In this document: positions 16,297 to 30,386 of the stretch, piece after piece
How positions within the stretch are numbered: position 1 is the stretch's first letter
How the letters are laid out: each line of letters opens with the position of its first letter
From: Bigelowiella natans CCMP2755
Lineage: Eukaryota; Protista; Cercozoa
NCBI GenBank assembly: GCA_000320545.1
Contig: ADNK01001279.1
Coordinates: 1-64,000 of the forward strand
Direction of reading: 5' to 3'
DNA length: 64,000 nt
Made by a program: the position numbers and the translations under genes
Notes under the pieces: generated by a model
Told to the model about the DNA's origin: nothing
What the model saw: the letters and a program-made list of their open reading frames with translations, nothing else
Database searches by the model: none

Positions 16297-17241
16297 TGAG
16301 ACAGATGTAATGATATAATCAAATGTACAAACCTTTTCAATTGTCATCTTGTATACTAGCTATATGCAAAGCGCTTCCGGCAACACATGCGACAGCTCTT
16401 TATTATGAGACGGATGTAATAATAATGAAACAATCACATTTTGTATACATACGTACATGTATGTGCAAGACGGATGTAATCAAATTAATTAAATTGTTCA
16501 GCGGTCATCCTCATGTAGCTGTGTACAATGCTAGAATGCAGCGGCTACAGCGCTAATGTTGAATCTGTTGGTCTTCGCTATGCTATGATGTCTAGAGTCT
16601 AGATGTATTTCATGCAATATCATACTAATGCTATGCATGTGTATTGTTTCGGTTTTGAATGGCGGGCATTCCGCGCAGCATTACGTGCGTGTTTCCTGAC
16701 TCATCACAAGTCAATCTTTTCGTTTGCCGTCGTCGCGCATTACTATGGCAGTGAGCTGATTCCTCAAGCGGCGTTGATGTGTGGTGTGCAATATGCAAGA
16801 AAGCAAATGAACCACATCTTATTCGATGACGTACGTTGCATCATCATGAACATGTGCATAAAAACGACATGGGAAAGAATTACAAACCAAACGAATACAT
16901 TTCGTGCTGGTACGTCATCCTAATGTACGTAGCTGTGCAAGCTGCGGCTACGTGCTCTTGCAATAAATTGTGCTTGTCAATTTCAACCTTCCATCTCATT
17001 CAGTTTATTTGCATTTCATCGGAAAGCTTCGATCGAACTGAGGAAACTTCGATCCGAGACTGCAGATAACCGAACGCCAAGCCATGCCGTGTTTACAAAA
17101 GCAAGATTATTGTTCCGCCCAGCTAGCCAGGTACACGCAAGCACGCCGCATGCATGTGTGCATACATGCTAGCCGCTGCTTTGCATAGCTACATGAGGAT
17201 GACCATTGAACGAATTTAATTGATTAATTACTTCCGTCTTA
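16297..17241. repeat. Cluster of a dispersed ~75-90 bp double-hairpin repeat: + copies at 16297, 16406, 16466-16553, 16914-16951; - copy at 17170-17241
   Basis: Shared blocks (T/C)(G/A)AGACGGATGTAAT, GTCATCCT(A/C)ATGTAGCTG and GCGGCTAC. The 16466 and 17241 copies form a ~70-bp inverted pair. Confidence 0.85.
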
Positions 17242-17625
17242 CATGCTAGCATGCTGTTCTCGACACATCTAGACACACGTAACACGCTAGTATGTCACAG
17301 CTCTAGTATACTAGAGCTGTAAATGTATGACGAGCTTTGATGATTGTTTAAATTCTATCTGAACATGTAGATCATGCGCTGTATTGCCATGTGCTGCAGT
17401 TCAGCGGTGGATGCATAGCGCTATGTATGTTTGTGCACAGTCAACGCATGTGTAGCCTGCAGAGCGAAATTGTTCGCGCGTAGCACACAGCATGCAAGTC
17501 ATTTGTTACAATTTTGTGTCTCCGCATCTTAACATTTGCATGCTCTCATTTACACTTACCACAAACAATCACAAACGGGGAAACTCACAAGCAAGCCGTC
17601 TTCGTTAGAGGCAACGATAGATATT

Positions 17626-18491
17626 TCATCTCATGACAGGTTCGTCCGAATAATATGTAACTAGCGCAGAGTCACTGGGGTACGAGACTGTGAACTGCAG
17701 TGGAATCTCTCTCGCCGTTCCTGGAGGAACTTTCAAGAGCCAAAAGAGGCTTCCAGTTGTTGTACTCCGTCTGAGACGAATGTGCTGCCAATCAGTCGAT
17801 GCCTCAGGTTCAGCTGCTGCAGACTTAAACGGAGTGCGATGATCCTGCACCAAATCTTTGGCAGGATTGATTATAGAGACTTGAACCTTGTCTTTGTCCG
17901 ATCTTGGTACGTTGACAACAACAGCAATCCGTATGGGATGACTGCGACCATTGCGAATGATGGTAAGCGTTTCCGCATCTCGAATTGTTCGCTTTTCAGA
18001 GATGAGATAGCCGCCTTCTGTTCTCTCCTTTGTCGATATGCGCTTATAAGAGACCCGGATCAGGTTGTCAGCACCCATAAATGCTTGGAATGTATCCCCG
18101 GGGGACACGAGGCACGGAATCGACGACTTGCAGACAAAGTTTCCTGACATGAAACACCTTATATCGTCGCTTGGAAGCAGTGGGAATACTCCTGCATTCT
18201 TAGCGCTCACATGGAAAAACGCCTTCTCTGATTGAGCAGGAGCAACGTAATAGGTCCGTGTGATAGGCATTGGAACGAGCCCGATACACGTTTTCAGCGG
18301 TTTCTTCCCGGATTCAATAGAAGCTAGCTTGGAGATCCGAAATTGAGAAGCGAATCCTGTCTCCACAGCGGCCAAAGCGTGACTCATCGATGAGGCTGCT
18401 GGTGCACTTGCTGCAGTTGCCTAACCAGCAGCAGACGTCGGAGGAGGATTATACACACTGAGGATTATACACACCGAGGATTCTATACACA

Positions 18492-18525
<34 letters not shown>

Positions 18526-18557
18526 ACTGGGATAAATATATTGAATGTACATGTACA

Positions 18558-18603
<46 letters not shown>

Positions 18604-20347
18604 GTATACTTTAATAATTATAATTATATACTATGTATTTGCATAAATGTTCCAAAAACTATGCTTGCATTGTTTCTCCCTAATTAATTACACTGCACAT
18701 TGCTGGGACAGCCAGATCCTTGTCTTCGTCGCTACTCGCACTGTCATCATCTTCATGCCCCATCTGTTCGTAGCCCCCTTCACCACCACCACCACCAAAA
18801 GTGCGGCTTTGTTTTCTCGATAACCCACCTACTGACGAGCCGAGCATGCTTGTGGATTGAGTCGATTTGAGCTTCGTGCAGGTGACATGTTGCGATTGGA
18901 CACGGGGCGGCAAGCCAGCCTGTGAAGGAGTAGCAGTTGATAGTTGCAAATGGACATTCTTCCAGTCCTCTCCTGTGCGCTGAGAGACCATGCCGAAATA
19001 CGTCAAGGTTGCCTCTGCACGATTGTTTTCGTCGCTGTCTTCGTTGACTCTGAGATCGTAGCTTGGGGTCCACGTTGCACCTTGCACCGTGTATCGTACT
19101 CGAAGCAATGCCGCCACCACATCTTTCTCCTCCTCCTCCTCCTCCGCATCCACACGAGAGGGCTCTTCTCCGCTCTCGACAGCATACTCCTGATTCTTCC
19201 GCGTATCCTTCTCCCCCCCCCCGTTGTTCCTAATGTTTGGCTCTAGGGTCACATAGACATTGTATTTTGGTTCTTCCTCCGGTCGGACCGTGCTCTCGGA
19301 GTCTTCTATCTCGGATACCTCCCTAATTTTACGGTAGAGATCTTTCATCTGGTGCTCATTTTCGATCTCCTCCTCGTCCAGTTTGGACATAGACGTGCCG
19401 TAGAAGTCAATGACCCTTCCCATTTCATCTGGAGGCAGATACCCTCGCAGAAAGGAGGAGGAAGATCTTTTTCTATCTCCATCATATGGCTGCTGCTGGT
19501 GGTAGAAGAGCGATTCACCGTGGTCAGTTGTTATCAGAGTTCCGCCTCCTTTGTTGTTCTTACTTCTCGGGCTGCTGCTGCTATAAGTTATTGGAAGAGG
19601 CAGCAGTCCTGGTCCCACACCCATAGCAGCCGTGGAATCTGAGTACCGCTGCAGCAGACTTTTCTTGTGTATGATGCGACTAGCTACTTGCTTCCTGCGC
19701 ATGATTTCCCTCTTTAGATCAGCGATAACCGAGGTCTTGTTGTTCTGTGTGTAGGCTTTGGGGTCCATTACAAGCTCGTGTCGCACCTCGTGAATGACAA
19801 AGTTGCTCCCCTCCCCGCTCACCTGAATGCTATCAGGCTCTAGTCGCTTCGTGAGACCCTTGAATACGATTTCTCTTATATTTTTTCCGTCTTCTGCTGT
19901 CATTGTTGAGTCTGTAGCACAATTTTGATCAATATCACGCTTCTTCGTGATACAGTGCATTCGGACGTGTGCCTCGCGGGTGACTTCTGCCTTATCGCGG
20001 AATACAGTCACGGATCGAATGGGTGCTGATTCTGTGGTCAGGGTTGTACTGGGGGAGGAGAGGTCAGCAATAACCGCATTAAACTCGGATCTTAATAAGA
20101 TCGGGAATGAACATCGGTGAAAGACCGAATATAAAACCATGCCGACCACGCTCAGTTTGACCATAATGGCACTTTTCCGAGAGAAAGGGGAAGGCCGGCG
20201 CACAGGTTGTCGATGGTACAAGGGCAACGGAGGGTAGGAAGAATAAGAATTCATGTTAACCAGCTGCAATGAAGTCAAGTATTTTTTTATTTCTAAGGGG
20301 TCCCCTGTCGAGGCATCTGCAGCAACAAGATTGGCATTAGGGATCAT
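17626..20347 (-). CDS. DUF4140 + DUF4139 protein (mucoidy-inhibitor MuiA / F37C4.5-like), two exons (about 20347-18692 and 18420-17626)
   Basis: PIRSVTVFRDKAEVTRE...LEPDSIQVSG resembles DUF4140. LRVRYTVQGATWTPSYDLRV...LTYFGMVSQRTGEDWKNVHLQLSTATPS and the C-terminal LVSPGDTFQAFMGAD...WLLKVPPGTAREIPLQFTVSYP resemble DUF4139. An in-frame GT-AG intron at about 18691-18421 contains (TA)n/(CA)n. The start could be the Met at 20254. Confidence 0.85.
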
Positions 20348-21741
20348 AATTCGATTATCATCGTCATCACCATCATTATCATCATCATCATCGTCATCAC
20401 CATCATCATCCGGTCATCCTCACTCCTCATTATCATCACCATCGTCACCATAATCCCATCCCTCTACACCATCGTTGTTATCCGATTCCGTACTCTCGGT
20501 CACAGCTCCACCACAACATTTTGCCAACACTTTTGTGACGATTACATTACGACGACATGACTCGGTGATGTCGTTCATAGAAAACCCCCTATATCTACGA
20601 AGAAATATCCATGCTTCGTATGCATGATGTCGCACTCAAAAAGTAAGATCGTCCGGAGAGGAGGATGTCTTCCTTCATTGCGATGTGCCGAGGTTCGCGA
20701 AGACGGGGGGGGGGGGGGGGGAGGAGAAGAAGAAGAAGGATGGGAAACGGAAAGGGTTGTATTCAAAGATATTGTTCCTAAGGATCGATGTTTAGTAAAT
20801 CATTGATCATTCTCGAAAGATGTTTCGAGAATTTCAGGGGTTCACAGTGAAAACTCTTGAATTTCCCAACAAATATGTAGACAGTCTCTGTACACCGCTG
20901 AAATGAACAATCGTTTACTGCAATTTCAAGAAATACCAAAACTATATGTCTTAGGGACCGCAGGGAGGAAGAATAAGCAAGTTGATGTTGACGATGATGA
21001 CATCCCCGAATCGCCTCCACCTCGAGATGAAGAAGACGACGGGGCATATTCCATTCGCGACGGTCCACACAATAAATTCATTTTATATGTACGCTGTATT
21101 TATGACGATAATGTCGGCAGAGGTTGCCATCGATGTTGCCTTCGACTTAAATAAAACTACTCTTGTTGGTTATGTATGTTGTCCAGGGATGGGAATAGCG
21201 CTGAGTGTAGACCAGCGATGTGATACCCGTAGAGACGTTTCAGAGGTAACAGTATGTCTTTGATCTTTAGTAGATCACATTTCCATCTCCCGCACCTCCA
21301 AAATCATCATGGTGCCATCAACATCGATCAATAGTCGGTATTCCATGTTCTGCTGCGCGAAGAACTCGCTTTCAAACGATGCATGGACGCTTCGACCTAG
21401 TCTTTGTACATATCTAGTGATCATAGACAAGTAGAAGCAATCGTTGATATCGCGTTGGTCTTGAATAATGATACCTTAGGATGAGAGCGAATTGTGGCTC
21501 TTTGAAGTCTTAGATAAAAAATCACGCACCTTACGTCTACGTCACCTGAAAACGCGCGCGTACCTCGGTAATGTATGCGTCAATTTTCAGTTGGTCGTGA
21601 GAATAGAGAAAGGAGTCTAACGGGATTGAGTAGCAGTTTGCTAATGCGATGAGAGAGATTTCAATGTATGTGTGAGCGGGAATGTACTTGATCATATTCG
21701 TGTGATAATTCTTCTACATTAGGACTGACGACACAGTACGC

Positions 21742-22152
21742 ATGTCTAGTGTCTGCAGAAGAAGAGGAAAACGTAATAATATGTGTACACCCATTGTGAT
21801 AAAGCCCTCCTCTAAGTCACCAATATCTTCTTCTCCTCTTCCTCCTCCTTCTCCTCCTCCTCCTCCTCCCTATGTGGTATTGAATAGACTGTGATACTTA
21901 CTACCTTATCATCCTGTTTAGAACTCGAAAATACCTCGCACAGCGGTGGATGTGGATGGCAGCGACAGTCAGTACAATTTATTACAACGCAAAACACACA
22001 CACAGGCACACACACATAAAGAAAAAGAGAGAGAGAGAGAGAGAGAGAGAGTGAGCATTCATACAGAATGTTGGCGCATCGAAGAAACAGGAGAGAGTAG
22101 CCGTGAAAACTAGGTTGTTGTTTGTAAATGCTGCTGTCTATCTGTCTGTCTA

Positions 22153-22185
<33 letters not shown>

Positions 22186-23008
22186 TTAGCAACAGGGACG
22201 CTACCTTTCACCCGATTCAAAATGGTGCCTATCACGAAACGATGGTGGGAATCTCTACCGAGAAGACTGACGAAGAAAGCATGGTCAATACCGCAAATAA
22301 TACACACGTACACAAACACCACATCTTTATTATTCCTTCTCCTCCTCGTCCTCCTCCCAATGACGAAATTATCCGACTTTACCTGATTCTGAGTCGTGCG
22401 GCGGTTGGTCGTTCGCACAATGAGCGACTGTGTCCAGCTATCTCTGAGGGAGAAATACTACGACGAACAGAGAACAATACCAAATAAATGATGAGTTTCA
22501 CGATGATATATGTATTACGTAAATACTCATGAACACATATCACACCTCGATCCAGAGGAGGTTCCCTCATATGCAACCATTTACTTCTTCGTCTCCATGC
22601 GTCGTCCGTCCGTTCATCCTCCCTTTTGATCAATGTTGATATCATCGTCGTATTCTGATCAAAGGGGAAAGAATGGCACGGATGTGCAATTCATAGCGGA
22701 TGAAAACACAAGCTTGGGATTTCATGTACCTATCATTCCACCTTCCCTTCTCCTAGCCTTTTTGCTCATTCAGTCATTCGTGCGTGCTTGATAACCATTG
22801 TGTCGCTACTACTGCTTTGATTGCACCATCGTCGATTTTCGTCCTTATTCTCCTATTACTGCTGCCAATTATTATCTCAAGATATTTGTCCACCAAAATA
22901 TGTCCGCGCGTGGTGTCAGGTATTAAGGAGAATAATATGGTATATAAGTTATTTTCGCCTACAAATGTAAAAAAATGGTTGCAATGACTTTGTTAATATG
23001 CATCTGTG

Positions 23009-23047
<39 letters not shown>

Positions 23048-23800
23048 ATGTGTATAGAATATATCGTATATATTATATTGTGTGTGTATTAGAGATAGAG
23101 AGAGAGAGAGCGAGAGAGGTATAAGTGAAAGCTGTTTGTTTATGTCTTCACTCATTGATGTCATCATTGTTTATCATCGCCAATATAATAGCGGTCGGGT
23201 GACGTTTTTCCGTAAGAATTACGCGGAGCAGAACGTTCCTCTGCCTTTCCCTGGGGTACCGAAGGAACATAAGGTCAGTCGTCGTGTCTCAGCGAGAAAG
23301 AAGAAGAAGAAGATGATGATAATGATGATGGTGATGAAGAGAGGAGACGGAATGGTGAAGAGAAGGATGTATGAGATACATAATTATTTGTTACCCTGGT
23401 ACTCATCATCATCATCATCATCATCATCATGATTATCTTGGTCTTACTACTTCTCCTTAGACAAACGTAAAGGAGGAGAAGGAGGAAAAGCGAGCAGAGC
23501 AGCAGCACCAATCATCATCATCATCATCATCATCATCCCACTCATTTGATCGTTATCACCGCAATAAGGCCGGTTACCCAGTGCCTAGTACCATACCAGC
23601 AGCAGAAGGGTTGCAAGAAGGAGGAGGAGGAGGAGGAGGAGGAGGAGGAGGAGGAGAAGCGGCAGCAGCGTTATCAAGCGCGAGTAGGCTGAGCAACGAC
23701 GATATCGTGCAGATGATGTTTAATGAATTCGATCGAGACAGAGATTCCAAGCTTAGGTATTATCATCCATCATTAATGATGATGGATGAAGGACAACGAC

Positions 23801-23834
<34 letters not shown>

Positions 23835-24083
23835 GCGCAAAGAAGTAGAATGTAATTCTACAGAACAAACCATTGTAGGCGACCCATTCATTGTTGTTGT
23901 TGTTTACAAGAAGGGGTTGGAGGAGGAGGAGAAGGGGAGTCCAGTATTACATATTTATCATTGATTTATTTCCTTCCTTGTCCCTCCCTCCTCCTTCTAC
24001 TATTCATCAATCAGCGAGAAGGAAATGGATGCCTTTGCACGCGATGTCTGCAACTTTCCCTCAACCTGGAACTTTGACAATTG

Positions 24084-24122
<39 letters not shown>

Positions 24123-26764
24123 ACTTTTTGGCATTTACAATACACTCCTACCTCCCTCCCCCCCTCCTCCTCTTCGTCTCTTCCCTCTAAATATGCCGCA
24201 AGGAGGTGCTATTATATGATATGAGTCAACCAAAGCAGCGTGACAAATACACCTTTAGGATGATGAGTCAAAACACTTTCTGGTCTCTGATCATTGACTT
24301 CTCTCATAATAGCATTCATCTTCACTACTCGTACCCCCCCCTCCCCCTCCTCCTCCTGCTGCGGCTCCTCTCCCTCATTGATCATCATAGAGTAGTAATA
24401 TATTGCTTTGTCATTTATGCAGGTGGCAGTACATTATATTTGAATATGCTGCTCAAACTTCAAATGGTGTGTATATTATGTGCATAGAGAGAGGGGGGGA
24501 GGGGGACTCGCACTTTTGTGGTACTGGTAGAATTAGGATGGTGACGATATTATCTTTCTTCATTCTCTCTCTTATATTGATGTTGTGTAATAATGATAAT
24601 AATGACAAAGGCAACGATACCGACTATTTAGACTTCGAGGGGTAGTACAAATACAGCAGTACACAAAACAGCATGAAGAAGAAGAAGAAAAAGAAGAAGA
24701 AGAAGAAAGCGACGATAGACAGAGAGATGTACGATGATGTCGTCACTTACGATCAGATTGCCAATAGCAAGCATCACTTTTGTATACCATCATATGCATT
24801 TACGCGTTCTTGATGATGGGTGTGGAGACCAAGCCTCTACTAGCCCCTCTACTGACAGGCACCATCCACGAAGCTTTCGCTACTGTAGACATGATCACAT
24901 CGTCCTCATCACCGTTGTTTCCCCCATTCCATCGTTCGCTCATCACAGATTCAAGATGTTCATAGAAGACCGCCCAAACTGCGCAGCCATCTGCCGAGTA
25001 GTACCATTGAGGGGGGGCGGGGAGACGGGGGGGTGAGGGTAACAATTATGCTGAGGAATACTAGCACTAAAAGCTGCAGCACCAGCAGCAGCAGCAGCAC
25101 TATTATGTACCTGGAGAACACCATGCAGAGAGCACTTAGTTGCTTTGCTCTATCATGTAACATATGACGAAATTTCACTGCTGTCTCTCTCCGCACTCAA
25201 TTGTCTATCAAATCATCCCTGCAAACAGATGATGATGCTTCCCTATTATTATCATTATTATTATTATTATTATCATTATTATTTCAAGCTGCTTATGTGA
25301 TGAACATGATGATGATGATGATGATGATGATGGTAATTGTGTTGCTTTATGCTGTTCTTGCCTGTAGTATTATCTCGCCAAACGGTCGCAGCCAAGTGTC
25401 GTTCTCTCGGTGACAACCGATGATGCTAACGACGACCAGGAGGAGGCAGAGCGCAAAAGGAGGAGGAAGAACAAGAACAAGAAAAAGATGAATAAACATG
25501 CAGCTTGCACCTCGCTCACTGGGGCAGCAGCCGCATTCATGATCAGTAGTGGTAGCAGCGATAACTGCGGAATTGATGATGATAATCACATTGAAGAACA
25601 ACCTGAGACTCCGAATATTCTCGATGATCATCACCGGATGATGATGCAAAAGGAAGAGGGGGGCACGAGGGAAGGAGGAGAGAGAGGAAATGGCGATGGA
25701 GGAGGGGGAGAGGATGATGACGAATTGAACGACTACTCGAGACGGACAAAGCTTACTGCAACAATAATCAACAACCCAAAAACAACTATGACTGCGGGGA
25801 CGACGAGTAGTATTAGGAATAGTAGTAGTAGTAGTAGTAGTGGGGAGGGGGCATCCGAGGAACAAAGAGAGGAGGAGAAGGAAAAGAGAGAGCGTGAAGA
25901 GAAGGAGGCCAAGAAACAGGTAATACTGGCAGCAAAGTACTGTTCTATATCTGCTCTCACCTAGCAGTCTAGATCTTCTTCGTCTTCTTGATTTCCTACC
26001 TACCTACCTACCTACCTACCTACCTATCCACCCACCTTTTGTTGTTGCTCTATGTATGTCGTCTGTTGATAGGAGGAGGAGGAGGAGGCTGAGAGAATGA
26101 AAGAACGACGACGGAGTATAGACGAGCGCGAGGCGGCTGCGAAAAAAGTAGTAAGTTGTAGTTGTAGTAGTAGTAGTAGTAGTAGTAGCAGTGATAGTCT
26201 ACATATGTTGATGTTCTCTTCGTCAAACAATTATATAATCAGTAAGGCAGCATAGCAGTTGTACCAGTACAGTTGTGCTACTATTATCATTATCACTATC
26301 ACCATCTTCTGAGTTTCTCAACCGAATTAAACATGGGTGTGACTATTAACGGGCAGCGACCAGCATGCATGTTATGATCCCCCCCCCTCTCCCTCCCTCC
26401 CTCCCTCCCTCCTACTTCAACTGACTATTGGCAACGTGCTATGCGTGATGTCGTCGTCGTCGTAGGTCACTGTGAATATGATTGAAGATGCTTTAGATAT
26501 GCTCGAGGAGGAGGAGGAGGAGGAGGGGGGGGGAGAGGGGGAGGTTCGGGAAGAAGAAGAAGAAGGGGGTAATGCTGGAGAGAGCAAAGAAGCAGCAGGT
26601 ATTGCTGAAGAACGAGGCGAGGACGACCCTGAAGGAAAGGATCTTGAAAATCAACCAGAGGGGGAAGAGACAAAACTTAGGACCATAGCACCAACAGTAG
26701 CAGCTGATGGGACCAATCCAAACGAAATAACCCATGATTCGTCTTCAGGAGGTAATGTTTCTCT

Positions 26765-26812
<48 letters not shown>

Positions 26813-27042
26813 CCCCCCAAACTCTAGATTTGATGTGTATTCCAAGTGAATAACGTTCCGTTGACATGGTATTTTCTCTGAATGCGTGTTACTGTGAAGT
26901 AGCATCATTGCAGCATACGGGCGAAGGAGAAGTGCCCCCTCCTACCCACAGTGGTGAAGAAGAAGCACTACCCCTTGATGATGACGGCTTCGATGGCGAT
27001 GAAGAGGACGATGAGCAAATCGTCACAGAGGCAGAAATCTAA
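21742..27042 (+). CDS. EF-hand-containing, acidic/low-complexity multi-exon protein (5' end uncertain)
   Basis: Exons give SGRVTFFRKNYAEQNVPLPFPGVPKEHK; LSNDDIVQMMFNEFDRDRDSKLS/EKEMDAFARDVC (EF-hand loop DRDRDSKLSEKE split by an intron); NDTDYLDFEG/FKMFIEDRP (possible second EF-hand); E/K-rich exons; and a final exon ending EQIVTEAEI* at 27042. Confidence 0.6.
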
Positions 27043-28324
27043 CTTGGACTACTAGCAGCTAATAAGAGAGAAACAATGTTAGTTGTTAATATCACAATCG
27101 ATCTATTCTTCTACTTCTTCCTCTTGTACCTCTGCTACTTGATGACACATAAAACGAAGAGCACGTGCTTTGGCTGCAGCGAAGCAGCTGCGGCAGCCAT
27201 TCATAGGCATTGCGTTTGAGACATTCTATCTGTGTACATCCCGGATCGATGTACACAGCAACACGCTTTATGCGATTCAGCGCAAACAATCGCGCACATC
27301 TAACAAGCACATAGAGACGGTCTTAGCTAAAACTGTGCCGCGGTGATTGCATGCACATCTCGCCATTCGATCAAGCAGTAGTGATAGTAATATTAGTAGT
27401 AGTGGCATTGCGTAGCAGAAACAGTGAACAGCGATGATGAGAGTTTGAACAGCTCATCAGCTTCTTATTCTAATCCTAATAATAATGTGACATGGAGAAG
27501 GATCGGGGTCTTCTAGCTAGCTAGTCTGTGCAATACCAATTTGTAGGCATTGTGTGTGCAGTGATTGTGAGTTTTGAGCGAAGACACCAAACAAATCTTC
27601 GTCTTCTCCGTCGCTAGATCGCCTTCTTCATCATCCTCTGCTTCCGCTGCATTCACCACCACTAGCCAGCTAGACCAGATCTCTATTGATCTCACGCGCT
27701 AATCGTGTGCCCTTTTGTTGGCCCTGATGTCTAGCTGTGTTCATTGTGCTTGTTGTAATTTCTGCTCAACGCCTTGCATGTGCCCAAACATCCTAGCATA
27801 TCCCACAAGCTCCGCGCTTGTCTAGAGAAGCATGCCAGCGTGAACTCAACGAATGAAACAATTGGTACATCAAGCTTGTGATGTGATCAACAACTAGAAT
27901 AAGGCGAATCGTGATGCTGGCGCGGTCGGCTTCGTGCATGCATGAGAAGCATCACGAATGATCTAATGAGGCCACGAATGCGAGAAAATGAGTATTCATG
28001 ACGCGAAAGTGTCACTGCATGGCGCAGAGAAGTCTGAAGATACAGCGCAACAACAACTCGCTAGACTCGTGTGGCGCGTGCATGTTCAGGCAGCATGCAG
28101 CCTTCGCCCAAGTGAACTAATGATGCCCGCACACTGCCGAGCTTCCAATACAATTTTCCAAATAAAGGCGTTCATTAAAGTCAAAATTTTATCACATAGC
28201 ATACATGTTGTTCCGGATGAATAAGAACATGGATTTGAGTATTGTAGCGGACGGCGTTGAGCAATTGATACATCGATGAGGAGCTCCATCTTCACCACCA
28301 CCATTATCATCATCGTCACCATCA

Positions 28325-28979
28325 TTATGACATTCCTCTATGATGGTTGGAATTTGCAACGTGTCCGCCTGGTATCGTCGACTGCGATTCCCTCATCGAT
28401 GGAAGCGACGATGGCGACATCAGAGATGAGGATTCTCGGCAGAGTGAGTTTCTTCCATAGCTAAGAGATGCTCGCTGTTGCTGCTCCATTTCGCAGCGGT
28501 GTAGTACTGTCGTGTAGATACGACGGTGTTGAGCCGCCGACGAACGGTCGATCTCATGCTCGATTTGCTGCACTAGTGCGGGGTCAGGAGGGGGGACCAG
28601 ACGGGGATGATGCCAACGGTAGTATGAATTGTAGTTGGTGTTAGTGGTATTATTGCTATTGCCTCTGCTGTGTGAGGGGGTAGTCACCACATGTCGCACC
28701 TGTGTGTCCTCCTCTCGCCGCGCTCTCCCCTCAGAGCTGCAATAGCCTTCTGAGTACCGACTTTGCCGCGGCTGATGGCGACCGTGACGACTAGTACTGC
28801 TGCCCCATCCCTCGAAATCATCATCAACGCCGCTGACAACGGTGCGAGTGGAGAAGGCTTCGTTGCCCTGAGATGGTAGTGGTTCTGTTGGTGGTAGGAT
28901 ACATGAGTCTTGCTGCTGCTGCTTCCTCACGATATGGTTGAGAAGCGAGCTTAGAAAGTGCCGATATCGAGAACTCTCC
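28325..28979 (-). CDS. Probable terminal exon of a hypothetical low-complexity protein
   Basis: Open frame of more than 200 codons preceded by a CAG acceptor near 28980. Possible upstream exons at 29290-29500 and 29660-29860 were not resolved. Confidence 0.4.
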
Positions 28980-29571
28980 CTGAATGTTAGTATGTGATGG
29001 CCATGTGTGTTGATGATCGATTCCCATATAAAAACTACTATCTTCTACAATGTTATCACTTAAGAAAGATGGTGAAACAAAACGAACTAAAATTAAAAGA
29101 TAGGAAGAGAAGAATAAAGAAGAAGATAAAGAAACATTCCCCTACTTCCTTCCGCCACAAGACAACACGACACAGCGCAACACAGGTACAGCGCTACCAT
29201 TACCGCTCCTTATCATCGAATAGAAAGTACACGCATGCACTTAAAATAAAATCGGGATATTCTAAGACGCACCAGGGCGGCGCCGTTACCATCGCCATTC
29301 CTCGATAAGATGATGATGATGATGATGATGATGATGACGACGACGATGATAGGACTGTAGTAGAACCCCTGCTTCTAGCATCGTTAGTGTGAACCGAGGA
29401 TGTATGATGATTGCAGCTATCTGGAGAGATAACGGGAAAAGCTGAAGATCTTTCACCCAGATTATCATCGACTACCGAGGCTGGAAGTTGGGTCATGAAG
29501 CTAAAGGGGAGATATAAAACAGAAACACAATCATCACACGCAGGTTTATTCATTGTCTATTTTCGTCTTCG

Positions 29572-29603
<32 letters not shown>

Positions 29604-29895
29604 GTTTTCTGTGACAAGAGGAAAGAGAAGTAGAGGAGAGCAGATGATGGTCACGGCTGCGCGCTGAATGAATGGAGAAATCTAAGACTCAGAGAGCTTT
29701 GTAAACTCTGTCTCAAGTCAACGAACAAGTTTGAAGTGCTTGTGCTAAGAAACTGATAGTCACTTAATTGAGGCATTGCCGTCTTTCTCGTTATTCTCTC
29801 TTCACGATCATCATCATCATCTTCTTCTAGTTCGTGGTAGTGGTGGTGGTGGTGGTGATGAACATATTGATACTGCTACTGATTAATAAGCCGTA

Positions 29896-30197
29896 CTAGT
29901 CAAGGGCCTCCTTCATTTCTCCTCTCATTTCCAACTGCTCATTGCGTCGCCGTGCTGCAAGACGCAGTCTCCGTATCGTATTGGAGAACTTCCGGAGAGA
30001 CTCGCCGTACCCGATCAAATATAGCAAAGGGATCATAAACCTCCTTACAAAAACAGCAAGTAACGAATGACGAAGCTAAGATGATAACGCCCAGAATGTA
30101 CACATCAATCACACATTGCTGCTTTCAGCAGTTCACACGATCTCTTCCTCTCTCTAATCAATCACACATTGCTGCTTTCAGCAGTTCACACGATCTC

Positions 30198-30235
<38 letters not shown>

Positions 30236-30354
30236 ACACACAGACACACACACACACACACACACACGCAAACACACACATATCAATATAATCGGTTCCA
30301 GTTTCGACAACAGCACCAATCCACTCACTATTATCATCTACATATCATAAATAA

Positions 30355-30386
<32 letters not shown>

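Noticed and set aside
20350-21480. Possible extra gene between the DUF4139 and EF-hand genes
   Set aside because: Short ORFs on both strands could not be joined into a consistent spliced model.
30105-30210. 53-bp tandem duplication (similar small duplications at about 18445, 50355 and 56918)
   Set aside because: Intronic slippage or possible assembly duplications with no functional indication.
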